A stretch of DNA of 64,000 nucleotides from Octopus vulgaris (lineage: Eukaryota), in assembly GCA_951406725.2 (NCBI GenBank), contig OX597814.1, forward strand, positions 161,076,001 through 161,140,000. The letters are read 5' to 3'. Below are positions 1 to 12,258 of this stretch, one piece after another (position 1 is the first letter of the stretch; each line of letters starts with the position of its first letter). The notes under the pieces are model-generated. The model worked only from the letters and a program-made list of their open reading frames with translations. It searched no databases and was not told the origin of the DNA. A program made the translations under genes and the position numbers.

Positions 1-149
1 AGTTGATTGTTCCAGTTTTCTTGTGTAACAAAGTAAACATGGCCACTCCACTCACAGGGTGCATCTAGAGAGAACAGTGATCAGTGTTCCAATTTCTCTG
101 GTCTGAAAGAGTCTCAGGGGTTGAAGCTCATTGCAGGCTTTCGGTATAA

Positions 150-984
150 TATGGGGACAGTAATCTACTGCATAGAAGTGTGTATGAGTGGATTGAGAAG
201 TTTGAAAATGACTGGATAAGCATGAAGCATGAATAAGGAGCAGGATATCCATTAAACACCACTACTGACCTGAAGATTCAACAAGCTGGAGAGATGCTTT
301 TGGTGAACTGACGAGTGACCATCAATGAGGTGGCATGTTAGTCATGGTTCTGCATATGAAACATCCCCAACAAGCTTTGCTTCTGTAAAGTCTGTGCAGT
401 CTGTGCGATTGTTTGGAGACCTGTCAATGCTTACTTGACCGCTACAGCGATGAAGCCAAAGTTTTTTTTTTGGAGAGAATAGTCACAGGTAATGAGACCT
501 GGGTCCATCATGTTCAACCAGAATCCAAAAGCAGAGCATGGAGTGGAAACACCTGGAATTGCTAGCGAGAAAAAAATTCATCACTCAACCTTCTGCAGAA
601 AAAGTAATGCTAACTGTATCTTGAGAGGCAAAAGGGCCTATACTGGAACCTTACCTGGAAAAGAAGTCTACAGTTAAATGCTGGCCAACAAATTGTAACT
701 AGTAATTCGTACCAAATGCCGAAATCTATTGTCAAAGCAAGTGTTATTGTTGCACAGCAATGCATGCCCACAGTCTAGATCTTGCCTTCTTCTGACTATC
801 ACCCTTTTGATTGCTCAAATATCTTTTGCTACAAGGTCATCGATTTTCTATGGATGAAGTACAAAAAGCAGGGCATAAATGGTTGCATGAAGCAGCCAAA
901 ACCTTCTTTTCCAAGGGAATAAGCAAGCTTGTGGACCACTGAAAGAAGTGCATTTGAAAGCAAGGAGAGTACGTTGAAAAATGA
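150..984 (+). pseudogene. Decayed mariner-family transposase
   Basis: Frameshifted motifs: FLERIVTGNETWVHH (cf. IVTGDETWVHH) at about 468-512, PSSDYHPF (cf. DLAPSDYHLF) at about 787-810, and terminal QGEYVEK* ending at 984. Confidence 0.85.
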
Positions 985-3521
985 AGTAACTGTTCAACCC
1001 TATTTTTGTTTTAATAAATTACAGAAACATTCATACCTGTCAAACCCCTTGCAAGGCTTTTGGAGAAGCACTTGCCAAGGTCCTGTGCCATGAGACTGAA
1101 ATTGAAATCATGTGGCTGGGAAGCAAAATTCTTAATGACACAGCTACACCTGATTGGTACTTTATTTTATTGATTGCGTAAATGCACTCGTGCTTTGCTG
1201 GAAATTGCTAGAGAGCTAAACAAGGGCTGGCAAGTGACCTACTGCTATGGATGCCAAAGCAAGGCTGTACTCGAGCAGATCGTATGAACACAATGCTGTG
1301 TAGAGCAACTTGCCAGACACATTGGATGCCTCCCTGAACACCTCCATCAATCAATGCAGGACCGAGATGGATGGCATGTGCAGGTCAAAAATGTTTGGGC
1401 AAGTTCAACTAGATGATATGATGAAAGCTAAAAGTAGACTGACTAGATTTGAACTGAGAATGTTAAAGCAATGTAACTAAGTACTTCAAAATATTTTGTA
1501 TGACACTAACAATTCTGCCAAACTATCATCCTCACATGTATTACTGCTGCTTGTGTTCATACTGATGCTGTTGTTGATGATGATGATGACAATGAAAATG
1601 ATGATAATGACAGCAATGATGATGGTGATATGAAGAGGAAGTAGAAGCAATGCTTTGAGAGTGTCTTCCAGAAATATGACAATCCAAATTATTGATCAAA
1701 ATCTATTTTTAGTATAAAAAGGAGTACCAAACACACATTTTAGTTCCACTAGACAAATATTGATTTCATATGATGTCAGTACAACCTCAGTAAAGCAAAA
1801 TTAATCTACTTTGGAGTTGATTTGTTACAGCAATTAAATTTTATCATTTACATATATGTAAAATAAATTAAGAATTTTAGGGCTTAACCATTTCTTCTAA
1901 ATCTTCTCTTGAAGAGGTTGCAGGAAATTTGAACTTCCAACGACAATTTTTAGATGTTTAGATCTCGAGTTTACATCAGAGTGACTTCCCATTGCCTAGT
2001 CCAGACCAAAGAATGAATTTTTAACTTAATAATACAGTGCAACCATATATTACAGCAATGAGCAATACTCACTCGTGGTATCTATGGTATGTAACGAAAA
2101 AGAAATAAAAAGGACACATGACTTAGTTGATATTTTTGTTACAAAAAAAAAAGAAGACATTGTTTTGAAATAAACAGACCTGTAATTCATGAAGAAAACT
2201 TGTCACAACTCTATTGCGTGTCAGCATCTGAGGCTGACGACACAGGTACTGCCTGTCAGTGTCGAAGCACATTCATTGACAAACAGAAAGTCATTGATAT
2301 CTGAAATCATGGCTTTAGCTTAAAACCTCCCGAGGTTGAAGATTGACCCTCGGTATATTTGACACAATACCACTATTTGGTACACGTGTCTGTGGAATAA
2401 TTTATACGCTCTATATGTTTATATGGTAATTCAATGAGCCGGCAATTCAGATGATGGAACAACTAAACGATCTTCGTCGAAACTGGAGATCCACCCATCC
2501 ATAATTAAACAATCATTGTCATGTTAAATAGTCCTGCATTATAATGTTGATTTCTGACTCTCTGTGTGTGTGTGTATGCATGTGCACATTTACCTTGATG
2601 TTGCTTAATCTCGGTCAGCTCTAGGCGGAGGTAAAGAATACGTACACCACCCGTTTTCGGCGTAACAAAAACCCAAACCCTAATCCTAACCCTAAACACC
2701 GAGTGTATGTATTCTTTACTTTCTTCTAGCTCTGATTGCACAGACTCTATGGGCAAAGATATCCCAGTCATGCCCACCCCTGTCTTATTCAGACAATTGT
2801 ATGGTGTGGTGTACAACACGGTTACTCAAAGTGGTGGTCCGCGAGCCACCAGCTGCCGGTACGCAGAGAGTTTCCAGAAAAGAAAGAAACATTATAAAAT
2901 GCTTATGTAATATTGTATTGTTTACAAAATAAATATAAGATAAAAAAAAATTGTCTACTTTTATTATATTCATTACATATAGTTTCCAGTATAAATTAAT
3001 ATTACTAAGTATTGCCGGTCCCTGGCACATTGGGAAAATATAAAAAAAAAACTGCCTGTACATCACATCAGATAGTTTGAGAAGCACTCGTGTACACGAC
3101 CTCAGTTATCATATCACCAATACTACCACCATCATCTAATGATGGTGATTGACATTGTGTTGGTGATAAGCTGGACACAGTTTTGTTGGTGGTGAATCAA
3201 TGATCGTGATTGGTGACAGTGGTGTTCTCATCTCCACCACCACTACTTTGCTGTGGTATTGGCGTCATTCATCATCGATGGGTTGTTTATTGCTGGTAGA
3301 AGGCGTTTTCTGGATTGTTTTTTTTTAAGAACACACCGCCACCATCACCATCAGTAATACAACTACAAGCATCACCCTAATCACACCCAACCCTACAAAC
3401 ACTCATCCACAACCCACCCGTAACTCTTTAATGACAAACAACATTAACACCCGCAATACCCGCAATAAATCAATGTCAGTTGGTATATCTACTTACCTTC
3501 ACCAAAGTATTGTCCCCCACC

Positions 3522-3818
3522 CAGAGGCGTAGCAAGGTTCTAAAGTTGTGAGGTGCGAGCAGATACAAAAAAGGCTCCGAGATACGTACCAAACAATCTT
3601 CAGCATTTCTCTTATATCATTTCATTAGTTATAACATACGTAATCGTATTTTATGTCCATTAATTTCATGTTTGAGTAACAATGTCATTATGTATTTGGC
3701 TCACAACTACTGATATAGGCAACTAATGAGTTTTAAAAAATAGTCGGAGGCGTCAATTTGGAAAATGTGCTCGGGAGGAGTGGTCGCTCCTCTTGCTCCC
3801 CTGTTAGCTACGTCACTG
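3522..3818. mobile_element. hAT-like MITE
   Basis: Imperfect 12-bp TIRs CAGAGGCGTAGC / GCTACGTCACTG; the 8-bp flanks CCCCCACC and TCTCCATC differ only by C/T transitions (decayed TSD). Confidence 0.55.
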
Positions 3819-4050
3819 TCTCCATCTCACAGGGAATCTCTACCCTTTAAAACGGAGGCACCACTGCTACGATTGTCAAATTCTTAGTTCTCCCTGTTGT
3901 TACTGAGAACAAATTATAATCATTACATTTCCAAATATGTACTCTTAAAATGAAAGTGTGGAACAACTTTAATCCGGTATGCATAATGGATTATTTGAAG
4001 ACAGATGACATTATTGCAACCCAGAAAACGTGTATGTGCGCAGACGAAAT

Positions 4051-4252
4051 GGTTTAGTAGACAATACCACCAAAAGAAAAAAGGGATTTTGGCAGTAAGT
4101 ACCTGACAGAAGTACAGAAACTTTAGAATCTGTTATAAAGGAGAATGTGTTGCCAGTTCCAACAATTTCCACCGATAAATGGGCCAGCTCTCGAAATCTC
4201 CAGCAACTTGGCTGCAGTGAACCATAATTTCGAGGATTCAGATACCCGGGCA
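4051..4252 (+). pseudogene. Merlin (ISXO2/IS1595-like) transposase fragment
   Basis: Translation from 4099: VPDRSTETLESVIKENVLPVPTISTDKWASSRNLQQLG, then VNHNFEDSDT after a frameshift; resembles the Merlin VPDRSAETL..II..HV.PGTTI.SD.W..Y / TVNHS..FVDP.TG motifs. Confidence 0.75.
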
Positions 4253-5284
4253 CGTGTTCTGTTATTTAATTTTAATTAATATTTTCCTTGATTCGCTCGA
4301 AATAGCAGCATGCACAAATGAACAGGCTGCGTTTAAAAAAGTTTCATTACGATTAAATATATTTAAAAATTGGAATTTTTGAAAATAAAAGTTTTTAGAA
4401 CCATTAATTCCGTATCTGTTACCGTGTAAATTAATCGGTAAAAATAAAATCCAAGTCATCACAAAAAAACAACAAAAAAGAAACAAAAAGAATGAAGTGC
4501 GTGTTCGACACCTATAGATTTAGCTGTTATTTCTAGCTATTCCAGGATAACTGTCTCACCTACGATGGATTTTCTCCGTTTCGCTAGACGTTTGCAAAAT
4601 TTTATTTTTGCACTACGCATCTCAAAACGATGATGGAGGATGGGGGTGGGGTGAATGAGCTTCCAAAAAATTTTTTGAAATTCATGATTTTTTAACGTGC
4701 GACCCCAGCTCCATTATACTCTCCCTCCTCGTGCCATCACGACAGCCATGACTACTAATTTTTTCCCTTCAAAGTATTCAGTATTCAGCATTTTTACAGC
4801 AAAAAGAAAAGTTCATAACGCTTATTCCCCACTGCACTTTTACAATTAATATGGAATTTTTATGGTATTCCAAACTCTTAAACATTTCTAATTTGCATTA
4901 AAAAAAATATTTTAAAAATTTCTTAAATCCCTTCATCTTGCTGTTAAAACAGCAACCATCTCTAAAATACTTTTTTGTTATTCTTATTTTTCATAATTTT
5001 ATTGCAATCCACATCCTGATAAAAATTGTAATTCGCATTTTTTTTTAATTAAAAAAAGTTAATCTTTCCCTCTTGCATCGTAACCTTCACTATTTAAGAA
5101 AATCAAAAGGCACAAGTTGATGGGTGAAAAACAAAATTAGAATATTTAAAAAAGTATCCATAAAACATCATTTCAGTTGTTTTTAATTGACGAAAAGCAA
5201 AATGGGACCAAAAAAAAAAAAAAAAATTCTCTTTCGCTCTCTATCAAAGTCCTAAGTAAAGCAGTTTATTTCTGTTTGGGATCT

Positions 5285-5353
5285 TTACCAGTATACGAAG
5301 TTTCAAATTGTTTAGCTAACTAGAAAATTCCGTCCATCAAAAGGAAAAGATCC
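5285..5353. mobile_element. One-ended fragment of the Merlin-type MITE family
   Basis: Ends ...AAAAGGAAAAGATCC like the copy at 48884-49677; flanked by duplicated GTTTGGGATCT (5274-5284 and 5354-5364). Confidence 0.65.
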
Positions 5354-6508
5354 GTTTGGGATCTGGGAGACGAGAACAATTATATATAAAATTAAATTTG
5401 ATGGCAATTATGTCAAGGTAAATAAAGTAAGTTTTAGTATATTCTTATTTTACTCTTACGTCGTATAGAAATTTTTTTACAATATGGTAAAAGTATGAAA
5501 GAAAAAAGAAAAATAATGAATATGAAGAAAAAAAAAAAATCATTTTGATCGTGAAAGGTACGATGGAGTGGGTCAGGTAAATAAATTTTAAAGTGCGAAT
5601 TATAAGTGTTTCAGAATGTGGAATACAATAAGATAATTAAAAATAACGGCAAAGAGAAAAATCGTTTTAGTGGTGGCTAAATGAGGACTCGATGAGTGTG
5701 TGTGGGAATGTTTAAATTATATGGATTTTAAAATTTCTTTCTCCTAAAAATGTGGAGTGCATGTAATGTTTCAGAATATAGAAAGAATAACTATAATATG
5801 AGGGGGGAATTTTTTTTTTACTGGTAATGGCTGTTGGGTAGGGGAAAGGGGAGGATAGACGTTTAAAAATTATGGATTTTTTAAAGTAAAAGTTTCCCTC
5901 CCCAATTGTTTTGAAATGCGGGATGCAAAAAAAAAAAAAGGGGGGAGGGAGAAAAATGAAAACTCCCGGCTAAAACGGAGAAATGTTAACTTATGTGGAA
6001 TAGCTATTCCGAAAGTTCGTCGGAAACAAGTAAAGATTGGTGACAGGAGAGGCATCCGGCCATAGAAAAAGTGCTTCAACACGTTCTACCCGACCCATAA
6101 GAGCAGGCAGAAATGGATGATGACAAACAGAGAAACAAAGAGAGTAGAATTCTTTGTTGTTTAAATTCGTAAATAAAATGGGAATAAGTCAGAAAGAGAA
6201 TGTTTCACAATGTACGTTGCCAATTACTATTAATTGGTGCTGGATTTTAATAGGTCATATCGACTTGTTTTTCCCGTGTTTATATTTATTCTTTCTAATA
6301 TATGAATGAAAATGAATTAAAAAATAATACCTACGGCACATAATCCACAAATATTGGTAAAAAAAGAATTAATAGACAATTTTCAAATATACTGTGTTCA
6401 AAAGTGCAGAATTTATAAATTTATTTCATGGTCGACGTAAATTATCTCCCTTCAAATATATACTCTACATTATGATAGCTTTATATTAATTATTGTTATA
6501 TCTATATA

Positions 6509-7912
6509 TCTATATATATAAAACTCTAGTTGTGTGAGTGTCTGTCCCCTTCGATTTAGATTCCTAACTCCTCCCACATTTTGCGGTGCAGTTTAACCAA
6601 ATTCGGGTATCTTATAGTCGTGATTCATATCGAGCCCGTCTGACTATTAGCGCGCGTCAACGATGAGTCTACGATTTTAAAAATAATTTAACATCATTTT
6701 TTATTCCATTTTAATGCATAAAATGCATCGTATGTCGATGGCGGCGGAGTTGGCGTCCACGCTCACAGCTGCACCTGTTTGCTTCTCCCCCTTCCCTCCC
6801 TCGTGAAGCTGTGGGGAAGGGAGTGTAAAGAAATCAACGTCGTAATGCGTTGTGAAGGAAACCAGCGTTCTTTTAGAACAACGACTTCATGGCTTGAAGA
6901 CACCAAAATAAAAATGGCTAAGAAAGCCCGAATTTATAAGGGAAGTAACTCTCTAAAAAAGCTTATATAGTTATTTCCCTTACAAACCCGAGCAACGCCG
7001 GGCGATACTGCTAGTCTATATATATAAAACTATAGTTGTGTGAGTGTCTGTCCCCTTCGATTTAGATTCCTAACTACTCCCACATTTTGCGGTGCAGTTT
7101 AACCAAATTCGGGTATCTTATAGTCGTGATTCATATCGAGCCCGTCTGGGTATTAGCGCGCGTCTACGATGAGTCTACGATTTTAAAAATAATTTAACAT
7201 CATTTTTTATTCCATTTTAATGCATAATTTTTCGTGTGTCGATGGCGGCGGAGTTGGCGTCCATGGACACCTGCACCTGTTTGCTTCTCCCCCTTCTTGC
7301 CTCCCTCGTGAAGCTGTGGGGAAGGGAGTGTAAGGAAATCAACGTCGTAAAGCGTTGTCAAGGAGACCAGCGTTCTTTTAGAACAACGACTTCATGGCTT
7401 GAAGACACCAAAACAGAAATGGCTAAGAAAGCCCGAATTGGCATCTATAAGGGAAGTAACTCTCTAAAAAAGCTTATATAGTTATTTCCCTTACAAACCC
7501 GAGCAACGCCGGGCGATACTGCTAGTCTTCTTTATATATAAAAGAGAAGTTGTGTGTCTGTCTCCTACGATTTAGATTCCTAAATACTCCCACATTTTGC
7601 GGTGCAGTTTAACCAAAACCGGGTATCTTATAGTCGTGATTCATATCGAGCCCTTCTGGGTATTAGCGCGCGTCTACGATGAGTCTACGATTAAAAAAAA
7701 AATTACCATCATTTTTTTCCATTTTAATGCATTTTTCGCTATTATATAAGGGAAGTAACTGTCTAAAAATGTTAACGATTTTAAAAACAATTTACCATAA
7801 TTTTTTTTCCATTTTTCATGCATTTTTTGCTACTTTTTGGCTATAACTCTCTAAAAATGCTTATATAGTTATTTCCCTTACAAACCCGAGCAACGCCGGG
7901 CGATACTGCTAG
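6509..7912 (+). mobile_element. Head-to-tail trimer of non-autonomous Helitrons (6509-7014, 7015-7525, 7526-7912)
   Basis: Each unit starts TC..TATATATAAAA, ends CTAG|T and carries the subterminal hairpin CCCGAGCAACGCCGGG; no TSD. Confidence 0.9.
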
Positions 7913-8798
7913 TATAATATATAAATAACAAAGAAAACATTATTATTATTATTATTATTATTCAAATTCCACCGAGTTTGACTTTGCTTTTCATCCTTTC
8001 GAAGTCGATAAAATAAGTACCAGCTGAATTCTAGGGTTGAATTTCAGTTGAACTTTGGTGGGAAGTTGAGGACTCACATCAAAGTTCAGGCCTTGTGCCT
8101 ATAGTAGAAAGGATTATCATTATTATGAATTAAAAAAAATATATATATATCATTAAGTGTTGCGCTTCAAGTTTAAATCCGGAAGTGGTCAACTTTGTGC
8201 TTCTACCGGGGTCTATCGCATATAGTCTAAATCAAATACTTAGGTCAATTTAATCAACTGCTTCCCTTCCCAATTGCAGAAATTATTAATTATATCATTT
8301 TTAGAAAACAATATTGGACCACACTGACTTAGCTCACATTGTATTGATTTCTTGGGAGTAAGGGAAATAACTGTTGGTATTTAGTTTTTTATACCGTTAT
8401 TGAAAAAAAAATCGCGTTGTTGAGTACAGATTTCCATCGAGATGATTCACGGTTTTTGTGGCGGCGAATCAGATACGGACTCGCTGTAGTACAAGCATCT
8501 CAAAAGATTTCGAGGGCTAATGCAGTTTCGCATCTCTCCTTGAAAAATGCATTTTTTCGAAAAAGCAGATCTAACGACCGTATAGAAGAACCATGGGCAA
8601 ACTGCGGCCTGCAGAACTTTCTGAATAGTATGCGGAACTTTTTGGTTATCTCACCCCCATTAAAAAATTGAGTTATCTCCCCCAACTAAAAAAAAAATTT
8701 GTTTAACTATCAATAAAAAAATTAAAAATTAATCAATATGAACATTGAAAAGATTTAAACATCTTATTGAATCTGAAAATATTTTTATATCAAACCAA

Positions 8799-9165
8799 GG
8801 CGGCGAGCTGGCAGACTCGTTAGCACGCCGGGCGAAATGCTTAGCAGTATTTCGTCTACCACTACGTTCTGAGTTCAAATTCCGCCGAGGTCGACTTTGC
8901 CTTTCATCCTTTCGGGGTCGGTTAAATAAGTACCAGTTACGCACTGGAGTCGATATAATCGACTTAATCTGTTTGTCTGTCCTCTCTGTGTTTAGCCCCT
9001 TGTGGGTCGTAAAGAAATAGGTATTTCGTCTGCTTTTACGTTCTGAGTTCAAATTCAGCCAAGGTCGTCTTTGCCTTTCATCCTTTCGGGATCCATAAAT
9101 TAAGTACCAGTTGCGTACTGAGATCTAGCTAATCGACTGACCCCCTCCCCGAAAATGTTCAGGCA
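8799..9165 (+). mobile_element. tRNA-derived SINE, family A (two nested or adjacent copies)
   Basis: GGCGGCGAGCTGGCAGA..CGTTAGC head, GAGTTCAAATTCC B-box and central GCCTTTCATCCTTTCGGGGTCG..AAGTACCAG domain (resembles the Meta/MESC SINE core). Confidence 0.85.
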
Positions 9166-9751
9166 AACTGAAAAACGTTAATGAATATGAAGACTAAAAT
9201 AATTAATAAACAGGAAAACGGTAAAAAAATTAAACATCTTATTGAATCTGATAACATTTTCATAACAAATCATTCCATGCCTATTGAGGAGGCCAAAAGT
9301 CAATAACATAATATATAAACATGTACACCTTTTATAAGATTTTGCTGGCAAATTTTTAAATTAACATAAACATTTATGTACCTCGAAGAAAATTACCGGA
9401 GAACTTTCATCTAATTCTTCGAAACTGCATTGAAACCATTTGTGGGGAATGTTATTGAGGTGGTTGTGAGGTGAGCTAAAAATAACAGCCAAATAAGGTT
9501 TTTTGGATAAATCTATTAAAGTTCGTACTATCCCATTAAACGCATATTAAATGCTTCAATCAACAAAATACGTGTTGTTTACAAATATTGACATGTGCTA
9601 TTTTCAGGATGTTGACGACAAAATGTACAGTCACGCACAAAATGATAGCTTCCAATGGGTGAAAATGATCAAACTTTAAACCTCTATAATTTTTTTAAAA
9701 TATTTTTCTGGAAAAAGTGAAATAACTCCAGCAATTTAGCTTGGAAAAGTA

Positions 9752-10148
9752 GGATCTTTTACGGAAAGTGTGTGTATAAAATTATAGAATTATTTTGTGT
9801 GTTAATTGTTTAAATTATTTTCCATTGCTTTCGTTTTAGCCTTCCGTTTTTTTTTTTACATGCGTAACAATTAAATTAATTTAACAATTAAGAAAAAAAA
9901 ATTTAGGGTTAGGGTTAGTGACAGGATGTTGTCTCAGTTTTAGACGCAGCAAATGATTTTAGCTCAATTAGAGGCGATTCATTGGTTAAAATTCGAAAAA
10001 TTAAACAACGTTAAACAAACGAATTACAATTTTATCAAGAAAGCCAAGAAAAAAAAAAAATGTATTATTTTGACACATTCTACCGGTATACGAAGTTTTA
10101 AAGTGTTTAGTTAACTAGAAATTGTGTGCAGTTCAAAAGGAAAGATCC
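9752..10148. mobile_element. Internally rearranged Merlin-type MITE with TTAGGG repeats
   Basis: Termini GGATCTTTT / AAAGATCC; 8-bp flanks GAAAAGTA / GAAAACTG; TTAGGG run at about 9903-9918. Confidence 0.65.
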
Positions 10149-10854
10149 GAAAACTGAATTGCTGGAGTTATTTCACTTTAATCTTAGAAATGCCGGCAGC
10201 CTAACTAACTTACATTCAAGGTTCCTCCACCACCATAATTTTGAAGTGCGTGGTGAAAAAAAGGAAATAACAAAAAAACAAAACCAAAATTGAAAAATCC
10301 CGGCGAAAACGAACATCCAGTGGTGGAATTCTGGGTTAAACACCCCATATAACCCCTCATAACTTATTATTTTTTGGGGAATTTTCAGAAAATTTCCTCG
10401 AATTTGTATTCTACACACGGAAATTCTTATGAATATGCAATAAGTAAATAAATTTGTGATCTAAGGGCGATTTAGCTGGTGTTTTTTTTTTAAACATATC
10501 TCATGACCACCTAATCCCCTCATTTCTTTGACTTGTATTGATATTATTCAATATCTTTTTTATCCGCAAACACATTTATGGGAAATAAGGATGTACCCAA
10601 GGGTGGTCCAATGTTGTGATTTAAGCAAACATTTCCAACTGTCCGAATTTTCAGCTAATTTTTTTAAAATTCGAAAAAGAGTGAAACTTTTAGGATTTTT
10701 TTAGGTGGTAGGGAAAAGTTTAAAAAATTCATAAATTTGCAAAATTTTTCTAAAAATTTCAAAGAATAAAAAGAAAGTCATATGGGGGTTATTCCGACCA
10801 CTTGTTACTTCATATATCTTTACGTCAAGAAATAAACAATATTCTTTTCAACTC

Positions 10855-11345
10855 TTGACACAAGGCCTGAAAATTTGGGGGAGTGGGCCAGTGAAATAGA
10901 TCGACTCCAATACGCAACTGCTACTTAATTTATGGACCCCGAAAGGATGAAAGGCAAAGTCGACCTCGGCGGAATTTGAACTCAAAACGTAGCGGCAGAC
11001 GAAATACTGCTAAACATTTTGTCCGATCTGCTATCGATTCTGCCCACTCGCTGCTTTACTTTCAATAATAATAACCCTTTCTGCAACAGGCATAAAGACA
11101 GACGAAATACCTATTTCTTTACTACCCACAAGGGGCTAAACACAGAGAGGACAAACAAGGACAGACAAACGGATTAAGTCGATTACATCGACTCCAGTGC
11201 GTAACTGGTACTTTATTTATCGATCCCGAAAGGATGAAAGGCAAAGTCGACCTCGGCGGAATTTGAACTCAGAACGTAAAGACAGACGAAATACCGCAGC
11301 GCATTTCGTCTGGCGTGCGAACATTTCTGCCAGCTCGCCGCCTTA
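10855..11345 (-). mobile_element. SINE family A, two copies
   Basis: Reverse-complement copies (GAAAGGATGAAAGGCAAAGTCGACCTCGGCGGAATTTGAACTC). Confidence 0.85.
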
Positions 11346-11584
11346 AAGCACCAGTTATATTCTCTTTTACTCTGGGTACAAGGCCCGAAATTTTTGGGGA
11401 GGGGGTCAGATGATTAGGACGCAACTGGTACTTAATTTATCGACCCGAAAGGATGAAAGTCAAAGTCGACCTCGGCGGAATTTGAACTCAGAACGTAGCG
11501 GCAGACGAAATACCTATTTCTTTACTACCCACAAGGGGGTGGTCTGCTACCACAACAGCTCCTTCATAGGATCCAGTCAGTTCA

Positions 11585-11635
11585 AGACATCATCAGGAAG
11601 AACCACGTCCGTTTTCGGTCCCTACTCCTCTACCG
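11585..11635 (-). ncRNA. Permuted hammerhead-ribozyme-like motif (copy 1)
   Basis: Minus strand CGG-UA-GAGGAG-UAG-GGACC-GAAA-ACGG-ACGUGG-UUCUUC-CUGAUGA-UGUCU; all core nucleotides are present, with one stem III mismatch. Confidence 0.5.
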
Positions 11636-12206
11636 TTTTGACGCGGCGGGCCCCTCGCTTTCGGAGGTGTCATCAGCTCTGGTGTTGGGTACATGTTTTC
11701 TTTCTTCTGTTCCCTGGCCTCTTCGATGTATCATCAGCCAGTGACTGACTGACTTGTCAAATTTTTCCCTTTAAATACCTGCCGCTAGGCTCCAGCAAGT
11801 TGTCACGTGACACTGTCTCACCTTAACTGACTAGTGAAGGCGCGTAGTTTTAGCCCGCGCATTCTCTAAACGACCGTCACCTGTCAGTCAGCGAAGCTGA
11901 TTCAGTGTCAGCTTGTCTCACCTAGTGATGTTATTTCCCACCGTCATGTTATGACTTTCAAGCCATTTTCGGTCTTCCCGCTTCAGCCATATATAGAAGC
12001 TGACTTTTTCGACCGCTTCCTGTACTCTCCCTATTAGTTTTCGCAGCTCGGAGCTAGAAAAAACAAATCTTCTTTTGAAAAGCGTCGTCATTTTCCTTTC
12101 AATGAAGCCTCTAGCCCCCACTGCCTGGTGATAATATTCGACATTCCATCCCTGTTCTCTGCATTTTTCGATTAGTTTTTCGTACCTCTTCTTTCGTTCC
12201 TCAAAA

Positions 12207-12258
12207 CGGTAGAGGAGTAAGGGCCGGAACCGGACGTGGTTCCTCCTGATGATGTCTT
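12207..12258 (+). ncRNA. Permuted hammerhead-ribozyme-like motif (copy 2)
   Basis: CGG-UA-GAGGAG-UAA-GGGCC-GGAA-CCGG-ACGUGG-UUCCUC-CUGAUGA-UGUCUU; the stems are intact but the core GAAA reads GGAA. Confidence 0.45.

Noticed and set aside
2232-2275. CTGACGA...GTCGAAG hammerhead-like hairpin
   Set aside because: No GAAA and no convincing stem I or III
6779-7481. Two similar ORFs suggesting a duplicated small gene
   Set aside because: They lie inside non-autonomous Helitron units, use non-ATG starts and show no recognisable domain
9903-9918. TTAGGG repeats as a chromosome end or fusion scar
   Set aside because: Only two to three units, internal to a MITE family that carries them elsewhere too
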